This document shows positions 48,215-61,438 of a stretch of DNA of 64,000 nucleotides, in pieces. Below the pieces are notes generated by a model, which saw only the letters and a program-made list of their open reading frames with translations, searched no databases and had not been told where the DNA came from. Made by a program: the position numbers and the translations under genes. The DNA lies in NCBI GenBank assembly GCA_951804945.1, contig OX638155.1:39990001-40054000 (forward strand), given 5' to 3'. Every line of letters starts with the position of its first letter. Positions within the stretch are counted from its first letter, which is position 1. The DNA is from Podarcis cretensis. Lineage: Eukaryota.

Positions 48215-51200
48215 CTGAAAAATAGAAGTTGGCTCATCACTGAAATATTAGGATATCATCTGCAAGCATCATCTGAACGATATTCGCTAGATGGCTTAAA
48301 ACAGGGGTAAGGAAACAATTTTTTAGCCCTGAAGGCCACATTCTCTCATAGGCAAAAACAGGTTTGCTACATCTCAGTGGTGAACAGGTCCAGATGCAAA
48401 AGTAAACAGAGCAATGGCTGTGATGCTCACCTTTGCCCAGTAATTACATTCCAGCCATATAAAAGCCAGAGGTTTTAGGCACGCCCACACCCACATTCTC
48501 TGTACTTCTCCCTGACAAGCAAGCAAGAGGCACTGTTACAATGCAAGAACACATTCCAGCCAGGCAAAATCATTCAAGGAGGATGTAGCCAATAGGTGAG
48601 CATATGGTCAGGAGAGAATCTCTAGGGTGAGAGAGGCCTGGAGGACCAGCTTTGTTCCTCTGCCTGAGGTTACTCGCCTTGGCTTAAAATATGCTGCTAA
48701 ATAAACTCACTGGATTGTGACTCTTTATCTTAGCACATGAGCGGGATGATTAGGGAAACAGAAAGGAATGCAACATCACGCTAAGGAGATTGCTCCATCA
48801 GCACAAGTCTTTCTGCTTGCTTGGTAGAACGATCTCCCCTCTCTTCACCCTGTGCTCTGTTCTGGGGGGTTGTGCCCACTCTCCCAACCTAACCTGTGAA
48901 ATTATGTGGGGAGGAGGTGAGAGAAGGGGGAAGTCCCATCGTGCTAGTGGGAGTTCTTATGCTGCCTTTTGTAGCACAACGTCTTAGTTGAATCCTGCTC
49001 AAAGGCTGTAGCTCCTTCCCTGCATTGCATCTGTCATCACACTCCACAACCTGGAGCCTGAATTTCTGAAGGTAGAAGATACTATGAACATGAGGAGGTT
49101 TAAAACCTTGTTTTCCAGGGTTTTAAAACACACAAGGAGGTCTCACAAGTGTAGAACACTTAAATTCATACCACCACTGCAAAGCTTAGCATAGGCAAAC
49201 AGAAAACTCCAATTGTTATAGGCAATTATAGGCTGAAACTGTCACAAGGAATCACCCATTCTAATGTCACAGTTCAGCATAAACCAACACTACAACAGAG
49301 ACAAAGAGAAAATAATGAGTATTTTTTCAAGCACAATTTTATGGAAGGAATGATGATTTGCTGGGCCCATTCTTCTGTTTTGCCTCATTGACTCACAATA
49401 GCAAAATCCACATTGATTTTAATGAATGTGGATGGCCCCCTTTGAAAAGAACAGATTGGGAAAGCCAATCAAAAGTGCCAGGAGTGAAACTACTGTATTT
49501 TATTGCAAAATACAACATAAGAACAGATGTCAAATGCTTCAATTTGGGGCCTAGCTGTCTAAGATGGGCCAGTATAAAGTATTAGTCCAGAAATGCACTT
49601 AGCAATAAAAGCATTAAGTTCCAAAATCCTCTTATCAGCACTGGATTCTTCATTGTAAAAACTTGTAAAATCAGTGTATTTTTAAATATATATATTTATT
49701 TTTAAAGGTTTTAGCTTGCTTTGTAAACAAGATTTGCTTCTCAAAGTGGCTCGAGGCCATGTACAAATAGAAATCCATAAAATCTAGCAATAAAACTAGT
49801 TAAAACCATTAAAATATCCAATTCCACCTCAGGAAGATACACGCCAGCATACCACCAAAGTAACCCACCCAGCTCCACAGAACAGCATCCAATACCTTAG
49901 ACTGAGCTCCAAAGGCCATTGTGAAAAGTGGAATCTTTAAGACTCATTTAAATTTAACAAGGGAGGGGCTTGCCTGAGCTCACATGGAATCAGATTCCAT
50001 AACTGGAGAGCCACCAGTTAAAAGGGGTCAAAATTTTTACTTTTTACTTTCTCTTTTTTGGACTGCATAAATACCTAGGTTAGATTAACCATTAAGCAAA
50101 ATAAGCACATGCTTAGAGCATCAAAGGAAGGTAGGCATCAGAGGAATTTTCCATTGTCAGATTTTTAATGTTAATGGTCACATTGATGGTTTAAGAAGCA
50201 TTGTATACATGATGCTTGCAATAACAATCCATATCTATCCTGTCATTTCCCGTGAACATTTCTTATTTTTGATGTGTCTGCTGCCAAAATAGCTTTGATC
50301 CAAACTGAAGAAATAACGATGTAGCAACAATGTATACACAGCCTTAGTCTGTAATCTTGTGTGCACTGACTAAGCCTCATTGAACTTCCAATTGAAGCAA
50401 ATTCAGGATCAGGCCAGTAGGGTGTTACTTCTATGTGATGGAAAGATACTGTGAATGTACCCGGAACTGATTTAGTGGGGGTCATGTTATATATGCTATC
50501 AGGGATTTATCATTCCATTCTGCTATAACAAAGTTTTTCCACATAGTGAAGAGAAGAATTTCCATCACAGGAAAGCAAAAACCACAATCCCGTGTATCAC
50601 CTTGCTTCATCTAGATTGCTTTTGAGAACTTTGTGAATTTAGATTCCACAACTAGGCAGGGAAAGCTGGAGCCCCTGATGTTCATTCCAAATGGGATTTT
50701 TAAAGACTCATTAGCATGCTTTTCTAGTAGTTGATTGGATTATGACAGACGAAACCAGCAGGGGTGGCAGTGGTAATAGATTATACAAACTGTGTTCAAA
50801 ACCCTATGTAAATGGCAAAAATTGTTTTAGGCAAAGGGATTATAGCAATTATTTCTTCTAATTTAATTTGAAGTCTCCAAAGGGCAGCTGCTTTGGGGCA
50901 TTCTGAACCAGAAGATTTGACGTAAAAACACGAGCTTTCATCTCTTAATTTGCCTCAATGACATCCTAACTTTGCAGGAAGCAGAAAGAGTCTTTGCTAA
51001 TTCCCACATGTGTTTCAAGGTTTCACAACAGATATTTGGTTTACATTTCAAAGGATGGTGCCGTGCTTCCATCAAACGGAACGTTTTAACGGTACTTGAA
51101 ACCGCACTGTATTACTGTTGTTCGTTGCCCCTTTGCTGCAAAGGATGGGAATGTGACAGCGGGGTATGCTTGGTCTTCATGATTTGAAGTTGAGTTTGCT

Positions 51201-54200
51201 TGTTTATTATTTAAAGGAAGCAACACTTCACTACAATCTTCTTCCTAACATATGGAGCTTTGACAGTCATTAGGGAGATTGGTCTGACTCTTGCAAATCT
51301 TTCCTCCTATCCAACAGCTGGTGAAAGTACTTTCTTCCCCCCTACACACACTTATTCTGGGCAACAAACTTCCATGTGGAAAAAAGGGTGACAATCTTGA
51401 AGACAGCAGAAATCTAACTTGCAGCTGAGCAAGAATTCTAACAAAGAACAAGCAGGTGGAGGAAAAACTAGGGTGTTTCTGAGCTGCAGATACATAAAAA
51501 ACGCAGGAAAGATTATGGAGGTGTTTGAGATTCCCTGGACAAATGGCCCTTGTCTTATTGAAACAATTGTTGGTTTTTGCAACAACCCCTCAATCAGTCT
51601 TGGGAACATGTGGATTGCCCATTGGGGTGGACGTGCTACACTAGGTTGCTGGAAGGTGGGTCGGTGATGCTTATGAGAGGGAAAGAGGAGACAAGGTGGA
51701 TGCGTCATCACAGTGCAAACACATCAGCAGGAGTGGCATATTGGCTCTGCTGGTTCATTTTCACTACACAGACCTCCTTGCCACATCACCCCTCTTCCTC
51801 TCCTCCTTCCCCGTAAGCATCAGTGATCCACCAGCCTGGAAGCTAGCATAGTGGCACCACTTCACCCCCTCCCAGTAAGCAGCAGTAACTCACTTGCTGG
51901 GAGGACAGGTAAACACCTCTGCCAGATGATACCTTGTGTTACTGCTCAGCCTTCTTCAATCTGGTGCCCTCCAGATTTGTTGGATAACTCCCATAAGCCC
52001 CAGCCAGTGTGACCAAGGATTAAAAAGAATGAGTGTCATAGTCCAAAATATCTGAAGGCTACCTGATTTGAGGACACTTTGATAGAAATTGGTGTCAATT
52101 CCACCCCCTTTTTTTTGCACAATTCTTAAAGGAGCAGGAACCTTGCCCACTTTCGCATTTGGCCACACTAATAATTGGCTGGCAAGCCAGGCAAACACAT
52201 TCATTTCCTGCCCCTTTTTGTGTGAAAGAAAAAGCCACTGCAAAGAGGCATGGTGTACTGAGAAAACATTTTCAGCAAACATCCTTCAGGGGGGGAAACG
52301 TCAAATGTCAAATGTGAATGAATTTATCTTTATGAAGAAGATAGAGTTTAACCCTTTTATGTTTCTGTTGCTGTTACATTATTAAACAATCTAAATTACA
52401 TGATTATTATTATTATTATTTTAAAAATGGGTTGTTATCTAATGTTAGGTCTACTCAGAATAGACATTAAGTTAATGGATATGACTAATTTAGGACTATT
52501 AATTTTAATGGGTCAACTCTGAGGATAACGTACATGGATACAACCTTAAGCACAGATCATGTATTACCTACACATCTCACGGACACATCTATATCTACCA
52601 AGCTGGAAGGAGGTTTCCCCTCTCTTCTTTTAATTTTGCAGAGGAGGAAGCATATTGGTTTTCCATACAATCGCCAGCATACAGCTCCATAAAACATAAA
52701 GGATGAACTAAATCAAGTTGTGCTTTAAATAAGACACAGAGAAAAGATGCTTGAATGAGTCTCTTCCATGCCCTTCTTTTGTTTCAAAGTTGATACAGTT
52801 CTGTTTACATTCTAACGTGTTTGATTTTTTTTAAGTAAAAGAAATACATAGTTTCAGGAGCTGTATGGAAGAACAAATCTAACTTCTTCTTTCTACATAC
52901 TTAATTAATTAAGCAGGTGTGGATGTATGTTTACATTTGCAGCAGGTGTGGGTACTTATCTGAACACTGTACACAGAATTTCAATGCATGATTGTAGGGT
53001 TGTATGTTTACATTCTATTTGCCAAGTGGAGGAGAAAACTGCTTTTAAATTATCACATTACGAAACAGCCAAGGCTTCAAGATGGTGGACCTTTTGCACC
53101 CCCTATTGATTCAGTTTCATTCCTTAGTTTCTCAGCTTCAGGAGTTAGCAAGCCCGATTTGATGGCTTTCTAAAAAGTTCTATAATTCACACTGAAGCCT
53201 ACTGCTGATCATGGTAGTAAAATAATATTTAACGCAAGCATGGGAAAACTGTGGCCTTCCAAATGTTGAAAGACTCCAAACTCCTACCATCAGCCCCAGT
53301 TACCATGGTCAAGGGTCAGGGATTATGAAAGTTGTAGTCCAGCAACACCCAAAGGCAGAAGTATAGGGCATGGTAGGGTAGAGATGCTTACCTGATCTCC
53401 TGGCAGGTGAGTTACTAAAGATGGTGGGGTGAAACACTGGGAATGGTGGCATAGTGACAATGGACCAGGAAAAGTGCTGGATTTAATTGACTGGTGCATT
53501 TGCACTGTAGTGACTTTGCCCCCACCTCGCCCCTCCCCTGCTAGTGACCAGCAGTGTCTCATCTGCCAGGAGGTCTGGGAAGTGTCTGCAACTCATCACA
53601 CCCTCCACTACTGTCTGGAGGGTCACCAGTTCCCCACTCCTGCTTTTGTGCTAAGATTGAAGGGCCACAATCCAAAGTTCCATGTTAACCTTCTTACTGC
53701 ATCTCTACCTGTTGCCTTGCCAGTTTCTGCAGAGGGGCACTCAGCTTTCTAGGTAAGCGGGGCATAAAGGGCTACAGTGGGTGGACATGAAGCAAAAGAG
53801 GATAGGGCTTCTGTCCTCTCCATTTAAACTACAAACGCTACAATCATCTTTTCTACACAACTACCAAAGATGCAAGAATCTGCCCCTGGCAACCATTTTG
53901 AATCCGGCACCCCTAAGTAGGAAGGAAGGTGGGACTCCAGACACTCAAGAAGTTGCTATGTTCTTCTTGAGCTTTTTGGGTGTCATCAGTATGAGATTAA
54001 CCCCCCTCCCCACTACTTTAACTGTTCAAGCAGTTATCTCGGGCACTAAGGACTCTATTAATCTAGGTCAGGGTAACCAGTGTAGTGCCCTCCTGATGTC
54101 TAACATTGGCCATGCTAGCTGAAGTTGATGTGAGTTGAACCCCAACAACAGTTTGAATACAGCACATTGGAAACTTCTGATCTAGGTAGACATATAAACT

Positions 54201-54263
54201 TGAAAATAAATAAATCTACGAAAACCGTGATCTCTGAGAACAGGACAGAAAAGAAATACGGTA

Positions 54264-54504
54264 CAGTGGAACCTCGGGTTGTGAACATGATCCATGCAGG
54301 AGGCACATTCGCAATCCACAGCGCCGTGTCTGCGCACGCACAGGTATTCAGTGCTTCTGTGCATGCGCAAAGCGCAATTTAGCGCTTCTGCACATGCATG
54401 AGCACTGAAACCCAAAAGTAACCCATTCTGGTACTTCCGGGTTCGGTGTGGTGCGCAACCCGAAATCGCATAACCTGAAGCGCCTGTAACCCGAGGTACC
54501 ACCA
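54264..54504. mobile_element. Tigger-like MITE related to 31712
   Basis: TA|CAGTGGAACCTCGGGTT ... AACCCGAGGTACCACCA|TA; shared AAGTAACCCATTC.GGTAC.TCCGGGTT core. Confidence 0.8.
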
Positions 54505-56065
54505 TAGACAGCTGTTTATGTGGAATAAAATCTTCCATTAATCTACTGGCAGTGTTTCCATGCTCAAATTATACTTAGTCAGGTGCTTTTTTTTATAAAC
54601 TGGACCATTTTTTTTATTATGTTGGAAGCATCTCCAAAATCTCTTTTAACATTTTTCTCTACATTGGAATCCCAATCATTTGATTCTCTCGTCATGTTCT
54701 ATGATGGAGACATACCCAGGTTGCTTCAAACATAATTTAAAACCCGATTTAACCTTTAACAAGCCATATTGATGTAGATCTTGAAGATGCAATATTCTTT
54801 TGGATAAAATGAAGCATCTGAAATCACCCTAAGGAAGCATTATGGTGATTTATAGTTGCACCATACATTTTACAAGCAATTTATCCTGCAGCTGAAAGAC
54901 CTACTGAACACACATGTCGCATTTCAAAATAATTTCCATCCATCCTTCACAGTGATTAAACAAAATCCAGATACACTCTTTCTGTTCAGTCTGATAATTT
55001 GCCTTAATTTACCTATGTAACCTAGCTTTGTTTTCTATAAGATTAAGAGAAAAATTATTATGGAGAACATACTATATCATCCAGCAATGCAATTACATGT
55101 AAGTTCTAATACAAATAGCTATATATTCAAATCACAAATACAGCCTTTCAAAAAAGAAAAGAAAAGAAAAGAAAAACCTAACATAACAATTTTATAATGA
55201 GCAAATACATTTTCTTGGGAGGGGAGAGAATTCATGCTATTGGCAACAAAGCATTTGCAAGTCTATACTGCTCACCAGTGGTCAGTGAAGGAACCTGCAA
55301 GTTTTTGGACTAAAATGAACACTGTTCTTAATCATCACTTCCATAGGACTAGCAGAGAACAGACATATATTATAATATCTGGGAACAGCATCTTCTTTCC
55401 AGGTTAGTGTGTATAAGTTTGCAGCTTTCAATGGATGCTCACATTATTACTATTTTATATATGTACTGCCCTTCCCACCCTATTTCAGAAGGCACATAAA
55501 CTCAGACCTGAATTCTAATCAAGGATAATAATATTATAACGAGACTTAACATTGAATATTATGTTTTTATGACTACTAGAAGCTGTGCATTAAGTGCAGT
55601 GGGCCCAAGACTGTCTCGCAACTGAGATTAGACAGGCATTCCCCTTCATGCTCATGATTAAGGGCATTCTTGTTCCAGCAGGTAATTTCAAGGCAGTGTT
55701 CAGTTTTATGTTTATTGCTTTATTGTTTCCTTTTCTATGGTTTGTTTTGATGTCCACAGCTTAGAAATGTGAACGATTAATCAGCATATAACTGTCTTAA
55801 ATAAATGATAGTATATATGAAGGTTTGAAACCTGAGCAAGTTCTCTGGAGAGGCTATATTTCTATCGCAAGATCCTACTAATTATTTCATAGGGTCCATT
55901 TTAGAGCATTAAAAAGTTAGTTGCCACTAGATTTTCATTATCGTTTCATTTTCTATAGCACACAATCAATACACAATTTGCTAAAAATGACCTTCAGCAG
56001 GTGCATTAGGTATCATGTATGGAAGTGTAATCCATTTTACTTTATAGTAGAACCCCATGGAATTA

Positions 56066-56092
56066 TTGTTGTTGTTGTTGTTGTTGTTGTTG
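56066..56092. repeat. (TTG)n microsatellite
   Basis: Read directly; another copy lies at ~37693-37713. Confidence 0.9.
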
Positions 56093-56151
56093 TAGAGCAA
56101 TATATGTAAAAAGCTGTGTTCAGATGATCATATCTTGGTTTATTACATTTA

Positions 56152-57533
56152 CCGTATTTTTCGCCCTATAGGATGCACTTCTTCCCCTCCAAAAATGAAG
56201 GGGAAATGTGGGTGCGTCCTATGGGGCGAATACAGGCTTTCGCGGAAGCCCGGGGAGCGAGAGGCTCTCGCTCTCCAGGCTTCAGGAAGCTCTGTACAAC
56301 CCTCCGGAGCCCAGTGCCAAGCCGCGCCGACCTCCAGAGGGTCGTGGAGAGCTGCCTGCGCTCCCGGGGTCCGCGCAGCTTTGCGCGACCCTCTGGAGCC
56401 CGGCGCCAAGCTGCGCTGGCCTCCGGAGGGTTGCGCAGAGCTGCCTGCCCTCCCGGGGTCCGCGCAGCTCTGCGCGACCCTCCGGAGCCCGGCGCCAAGC
56501 CGCGCTGGCCTCCGGAGGGTTGCGCAGAGCTGCCTGCCCTCCCGGGGTCCGCGCAGCTGTGCGCATCGCTCCAGAGCCCAGCGCCAAGCACTCCCGGGCT
56601 CCACGCAGCTCTGCGCAACCCTCCGGAGCCCGGCGCCAAGCTGCGCTGGCCTCCGGAGGGTTGCGCAGAGCTGCCTGCCCTCCCGGGGTCCGCGCAGCTC
56701 TGCGCGACCCTCCGGAGCCCGGCGCCAAGCCGCGCTGGCCTCCGGAGGGTTGCGCAGAGCTGCCTGCCCTCCCGGGGTCCGCGCAGCTGTGCGCATCGCT
56801 CCAGAGCCCAGCGCCAAGCCGCGCCGGCCTCCGGAGGGTCGCGGAGAGCTGCCTGCCCTCCCGGGGTCCGCGCAGCTTAGCGCAACCCTCCGGAGCCCGG
56901 CGCCAAGCCGCGCTGGCCTCCGGAGGGTTGCGCAGAGATGCCTGCCCTCCCGGGGTCCGCGCAGCTTTGCGCAACCCTCCGGAGCCCGCGCCAAGCCACG
57001 CTGGCCTCCGGAGGGTCGCGCAGAGCTGCCTGCCCTCCCGGGGTCCGTGCAGCTTTGCGCGACCGTCCGGAGCCTGGCGCCAAGCCGCGCCGGCCTCTGG
57101 AGGGTCGCGGAGAGCTGCCTACCCTCCCGGGGTCTGCGCAGCTTTGCGCGACCCTCCGGAGCCCGGCGCCAAGCCGGCCTCTGGAGGGTCGCGGAGAGCT
57201 GCCTGCCCTCCCGGGGTCCGCGCAGCTTTGCGTGACCCTCCGGAGCCCGGCGCCAAGCCGTGCTGGCCTCCGCAGGGTTGCGCAGAGCTGCCTGCACTGG
57301 GAAGCCTCAGCGCGCCCGGGCTTCGCACAGCTGTCCGCAATCCTGGGGAGACCGGCGCGGCTCCCTAGGCTTGCGGATAGCAGGCTCTTCTGGGGGCTGG
57401 GGTCGGGGAAACTCGGGCTTCCCCTGCGCCAGCCCCGTGCCTGGGGGGGAAATAAATTTTTTTCTTTATTTCCTCCCCCAAAAAACTAGGTGCGTCCTAT
57501 AGGGCGGTGCGTCCTATGGGGCGAAAAATACGG
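56152..57533. mobile_element. Tc1/mariner-superfamily (Tc2/pogo-like) non-autonomous DNA transposon with internal GC-rich satellite
   Basis: TIRs CCGTATTTTTCGCCCTATAGGA ... TCCTATGGGGCGAAAAATACGG, with TA duplication on both sides. Confidence 0.9.
56286..57295. repeat. 89-bp CpG-rich tandem array (~12 units, one truncated); each unit is a 70-nt inverted repeat plus a 19-nt linker
   Basis: Unit starts at approximately 56286, 56375, 56464, 56553 (short), 56605, 56694, 56783, 56872, 56961, 57049, 57138 and 57222. Confidence 0.93.
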
Positions 57534-57898
57534 TATATCCCAGCTGTCTTCTATAAGGGATCCCAATGCAGTGTACATATAGATCTGAGGCAGTAACTCT
57601 GACCTTCTAACTTTGACGCAGACACAGCTTCAGAAGGGTGGTGGACATGTGTTTTTTCAAACCACACCCTGGGTATAATTACTGAATTTTCCATGTTAAA
57701 TCAGACGGAAGGTGGGTTGAAAGCAGGGTAGGGCCTAGTCATGGAAATGTAATAAAACATGGAAGATGTATTCATTTCTACTTCGGCATAACTCATAATC
57801 TGCATCTTAGGTTTGTACGTATGGGAGAGCAAGACAACAAAAGAGAAGAAATTTATTTATTTTTCAGTTACCCATGGTAACTGCCTTTTGCAACCTAC

Positions 57899-58007
57899 CT
57901 GCTTCAGACTCTGCTGTTTGGACTTTCTTAGCTCCTCATATTTCCATTTCCACAGAATTTTTTCTGACTTCAGCTTCTCTATCTCTTTCTCCAGAGATAA
58001 GCGGATT
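57899..58007 (-). CDS. CCDC102B: CCDC102B coding exon 3 (109 nt; IRLSLEKEIEKLKSEKILWKWKYEELRKSKQQSLKQ)
   Basis: CTGCAG| acceptor and CAG|GTAGGT donor. Phase 2 to phase 0 matches the neighbouring exons. LEKEIE...LWKWKYEEL motif present. Confidence 0.93.
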
Positions 58008-58601
58008 CTGCAGTGTTACAAGAATGATAACAAACAATACTTTAAAATATTGCATGGGTTCCAGGACTATATTCTTCAAAATGCGGAAGGGTTTTGTTGC
58101 AGTTCTTGTGCTAGGGAGAATGGCATTTTCAAAAGCAATGGGCAGCCCAATCCTGCATCCAGGTAAGCTAAAGCATGTGCAGTTTTAATCCTAGTGGCTG
58201 CTGCTAGACCTAGTGGCTGCTGTTGTTGAAACACACTGGAAGAGGACAAAGGGCTTCTCCACACTTCCACTTGTCCCAGGGGAGCCAACTTGGGCCACAG
58301 GATGCTTTCCAAGATCTTGCGAAACCTCAGATGTTGCATGGGGGCCCTGCAGTGTGGGTGCACCCACAACAATGGTAGGGTGCTCTGGCACCCAGAGCCT
58401 CCTATAGTTGTTACCCCTGTGCCTTCCAAGCAGTTTCCCACTTGTCCCACTTGTCTGGGCATGGGTCCATGTGCTTTTGCCTTTGCCATGCCACTTTCCC
58501 CTGGAATACCTGCTCTTTTGCGATAGAGATCAGAACAAACCCAATCGCCATTTGTTCTGATGCAACGCTAAAGATCAGATTTCCCCATGGGATACTGAAT
58601 A

Positions 58602-58837
58602 CAGTCATACCTTGGTTTTCAAACAGTTCTCAAATGTTTTGGTTCCCGAATGCTGCAAACCCGGAAGTGACTGTTCTGATTTGAGCACTATTTTTGGAAC
58701 CCGAATGTCCGACGGGGCTTTCGGTTGGCTGCAGGAGCTTCCTGCAGCCATTCAGAAGCCGTGCTTTGGTTTCCGAATGTTTTGGAAGTCGAACAGGCTC
58801 CCAGAACAGATTTCATTCAACTTCCAAGGTATGACTG
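58602..58837. mobile_element. Tigger-like MITE
   Basis: TIRs CAGTCATACCTTGG / CCAAGGTATGACTG; TA TSD. Confidence 0.88.
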
Positions 58838-59029
58838 TACTTACTTACACATTACTCATGTGAAGGGGCAACATGGATACAAAGGAACTGCAGGGTTGCA
58901 CAGTTCCTTGTAGCCTCTTTAGTGTTGAGAGATAACTTCTGAAGTGGGAAGACATTTTTATCCATACAGGCTCCCTGCATGTTTTAGAATCGAGAAGGAA
59001 GGATGCTTTAAAAACTTGTATCCGTATCA

Positions 59030-59082
59030 GGGCCCTGGATGAGATGACCATCAAGGTCCCCTTCAATGCTGTCATTCTATCT
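59030..59082 (+). mobile_element. CR1 3'-end remnant
   Basis: TGGATGAGATGACCATCAAGGTCCCCTTCAA...ATTCTAT. Confidence 0.55.
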
Positions 59083-59839
59083 GAATGGCATTGACTGCCA
59101 GTTGGATGTTTTTAATGTAGAATGGTAGCTTCAGTTCCATGATAGTTTCAGTTACATAGATTCCATAGGTGTATTTCAGTGAACAGACAAATCTGAGACT
59201 TGGGTCCATCGCTCTGCCACTGTCAGCCCTCCAGTATCTAGCAAGATAGGGGTGAAGCTGGAAATAATCACAGGACAGGATAACATGCCATATTGCTAAT
59301 TTAATTTCATATGTTTGTGTGCAGGACCAAGCTGGGGAACAACTGTATGCAGGGACACTGTTGCTACACTCTTGAACTGGTTCTTAATATGATATTCTCT
59401 CTGGGTAAGAATGTCCTCTTGTTTATGTCTCTCATCCTTGCACACTTTTGGTACTGAATAACTGAATAAATATTTGCCATCATTAGCAACAGCTGCCAAC
59501 AGTACATACCAGAATAAATCACACTCAACACCACTGCTCTGTCAATAGTAAGTTCTTAAAATGCTGCACAGTGGAGCAGACAGTAGGATTTGTAAGAACA
59601 TTTCATAAAGGCATGTTACTCTTTTTCCAGGTTGTTGACAGGCACCATCTCGCAAAGTTAATAAGAAAGATAAATGGGGGAAATAAGAACTAGTCCCCAA
59701 TGTATTTGGCATTGGAACTAGACTTTTCACTACCTGCAAAATACACTGTAATTCTATTCCAAAATTGGCCCGTTAAAAGTTTTTCTTGGAGAAAAATGTG
59801 GGGATTTTTTAAACAAAAGGAAATATGTCATTAACTTAC

Positions 59840-60739
<900 letters not shown>

Positions 60740-60801
60740 TCAGGTGATTCACTTGTTTCCACACCTTAAGCAAAAAAGGAAGGCTAAATTTATAAACATA
60801 T

Positions 60802-61257
60802 TGTAATGGTTCTAGGGGTTGCTTGTGCGTAAGCAGGTACCTATCTCCCCGGCTGGGTGCAAACACCTGGCTGGGTTGCCAAAGTGAACCTTTTTCTGTC
60901 CGGACAGCCACTCACCCATGGCTGACTCAATCCCTGGCAGAATCCGTGAGTGGGCGTTTCTTAAACTTCTTCCAGCAAAGAAGTTCTTTGACGCCTTGTC
61001 TCCGCCTACCCTCTCTGCGCGGAAGCCTTCTGCGCAGGGAGGGCGTGGGCAATGGAGGACTCCTACTCTCCCCGCTGGACCCAGGCAAGAAGTCATGAGG
61101 CCGCCTCGCCACTTCCACCACCTGCCCCCCTTCTCCACTGGTGGTACGCTGATTCTCTTCCCCAGAAAATGGGCTGCTCCTCCCGATACCTGGGCGCTCT
61201 CTGGAATCCCTCTGGCTTTTGCTCTCTCCCTCCAGTACTGATGGCAGTTCCCTGACA
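60802..61257 (-). repeat. 3' LTR of the gypsy element (456 bp, TGTCA...TTACA)
   Basis: TG...CA termini on the minus strand, directly preceded by a polypurine tract, with an abrupt GC-to-AT transition at 60801. Confidence 0.85.
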
Positions 61258-61271
61258 TCCACCCCCACCTC
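61258..61271 (-). promoter_or_regulatory. polypurine tract (PPT) GAGGTGGGGGTGGA
   Basis: Purine-rich run abutting the LTR's 5' TG. Confidence 0.8.
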
Positions 61272-61438
61272 AGGACCACCCTCACCCCTGGCACGATCTT
61301 CCGATACCTCCTCCTCGACTTCATCGACCTCATCTTCTGAGGATTCAAAACCGGCCTCCCATCCCCTCCAGCTGGTCGAGCCTCCCAGTTTGATTCTTCT
61401 CCCTCGGACACCTCCCCCTTCTCCTCCTCGGAGGCAGG

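Noticed and set aside
56286-57295. CRISPR-like array of palindromic repeats
   Set aside because: The linkers are near-identical rather than unique spacers, there are no cas genes, and the context is a vertebrate intron.
56135-57502. Long overlapping ORFs (up to 386 aa) in all six frames
   Set aside because: These arise from the stop-poor GC-rich 89-bp tandem array inside a MITE; the peptides are repetitive and shift frame with each unit.
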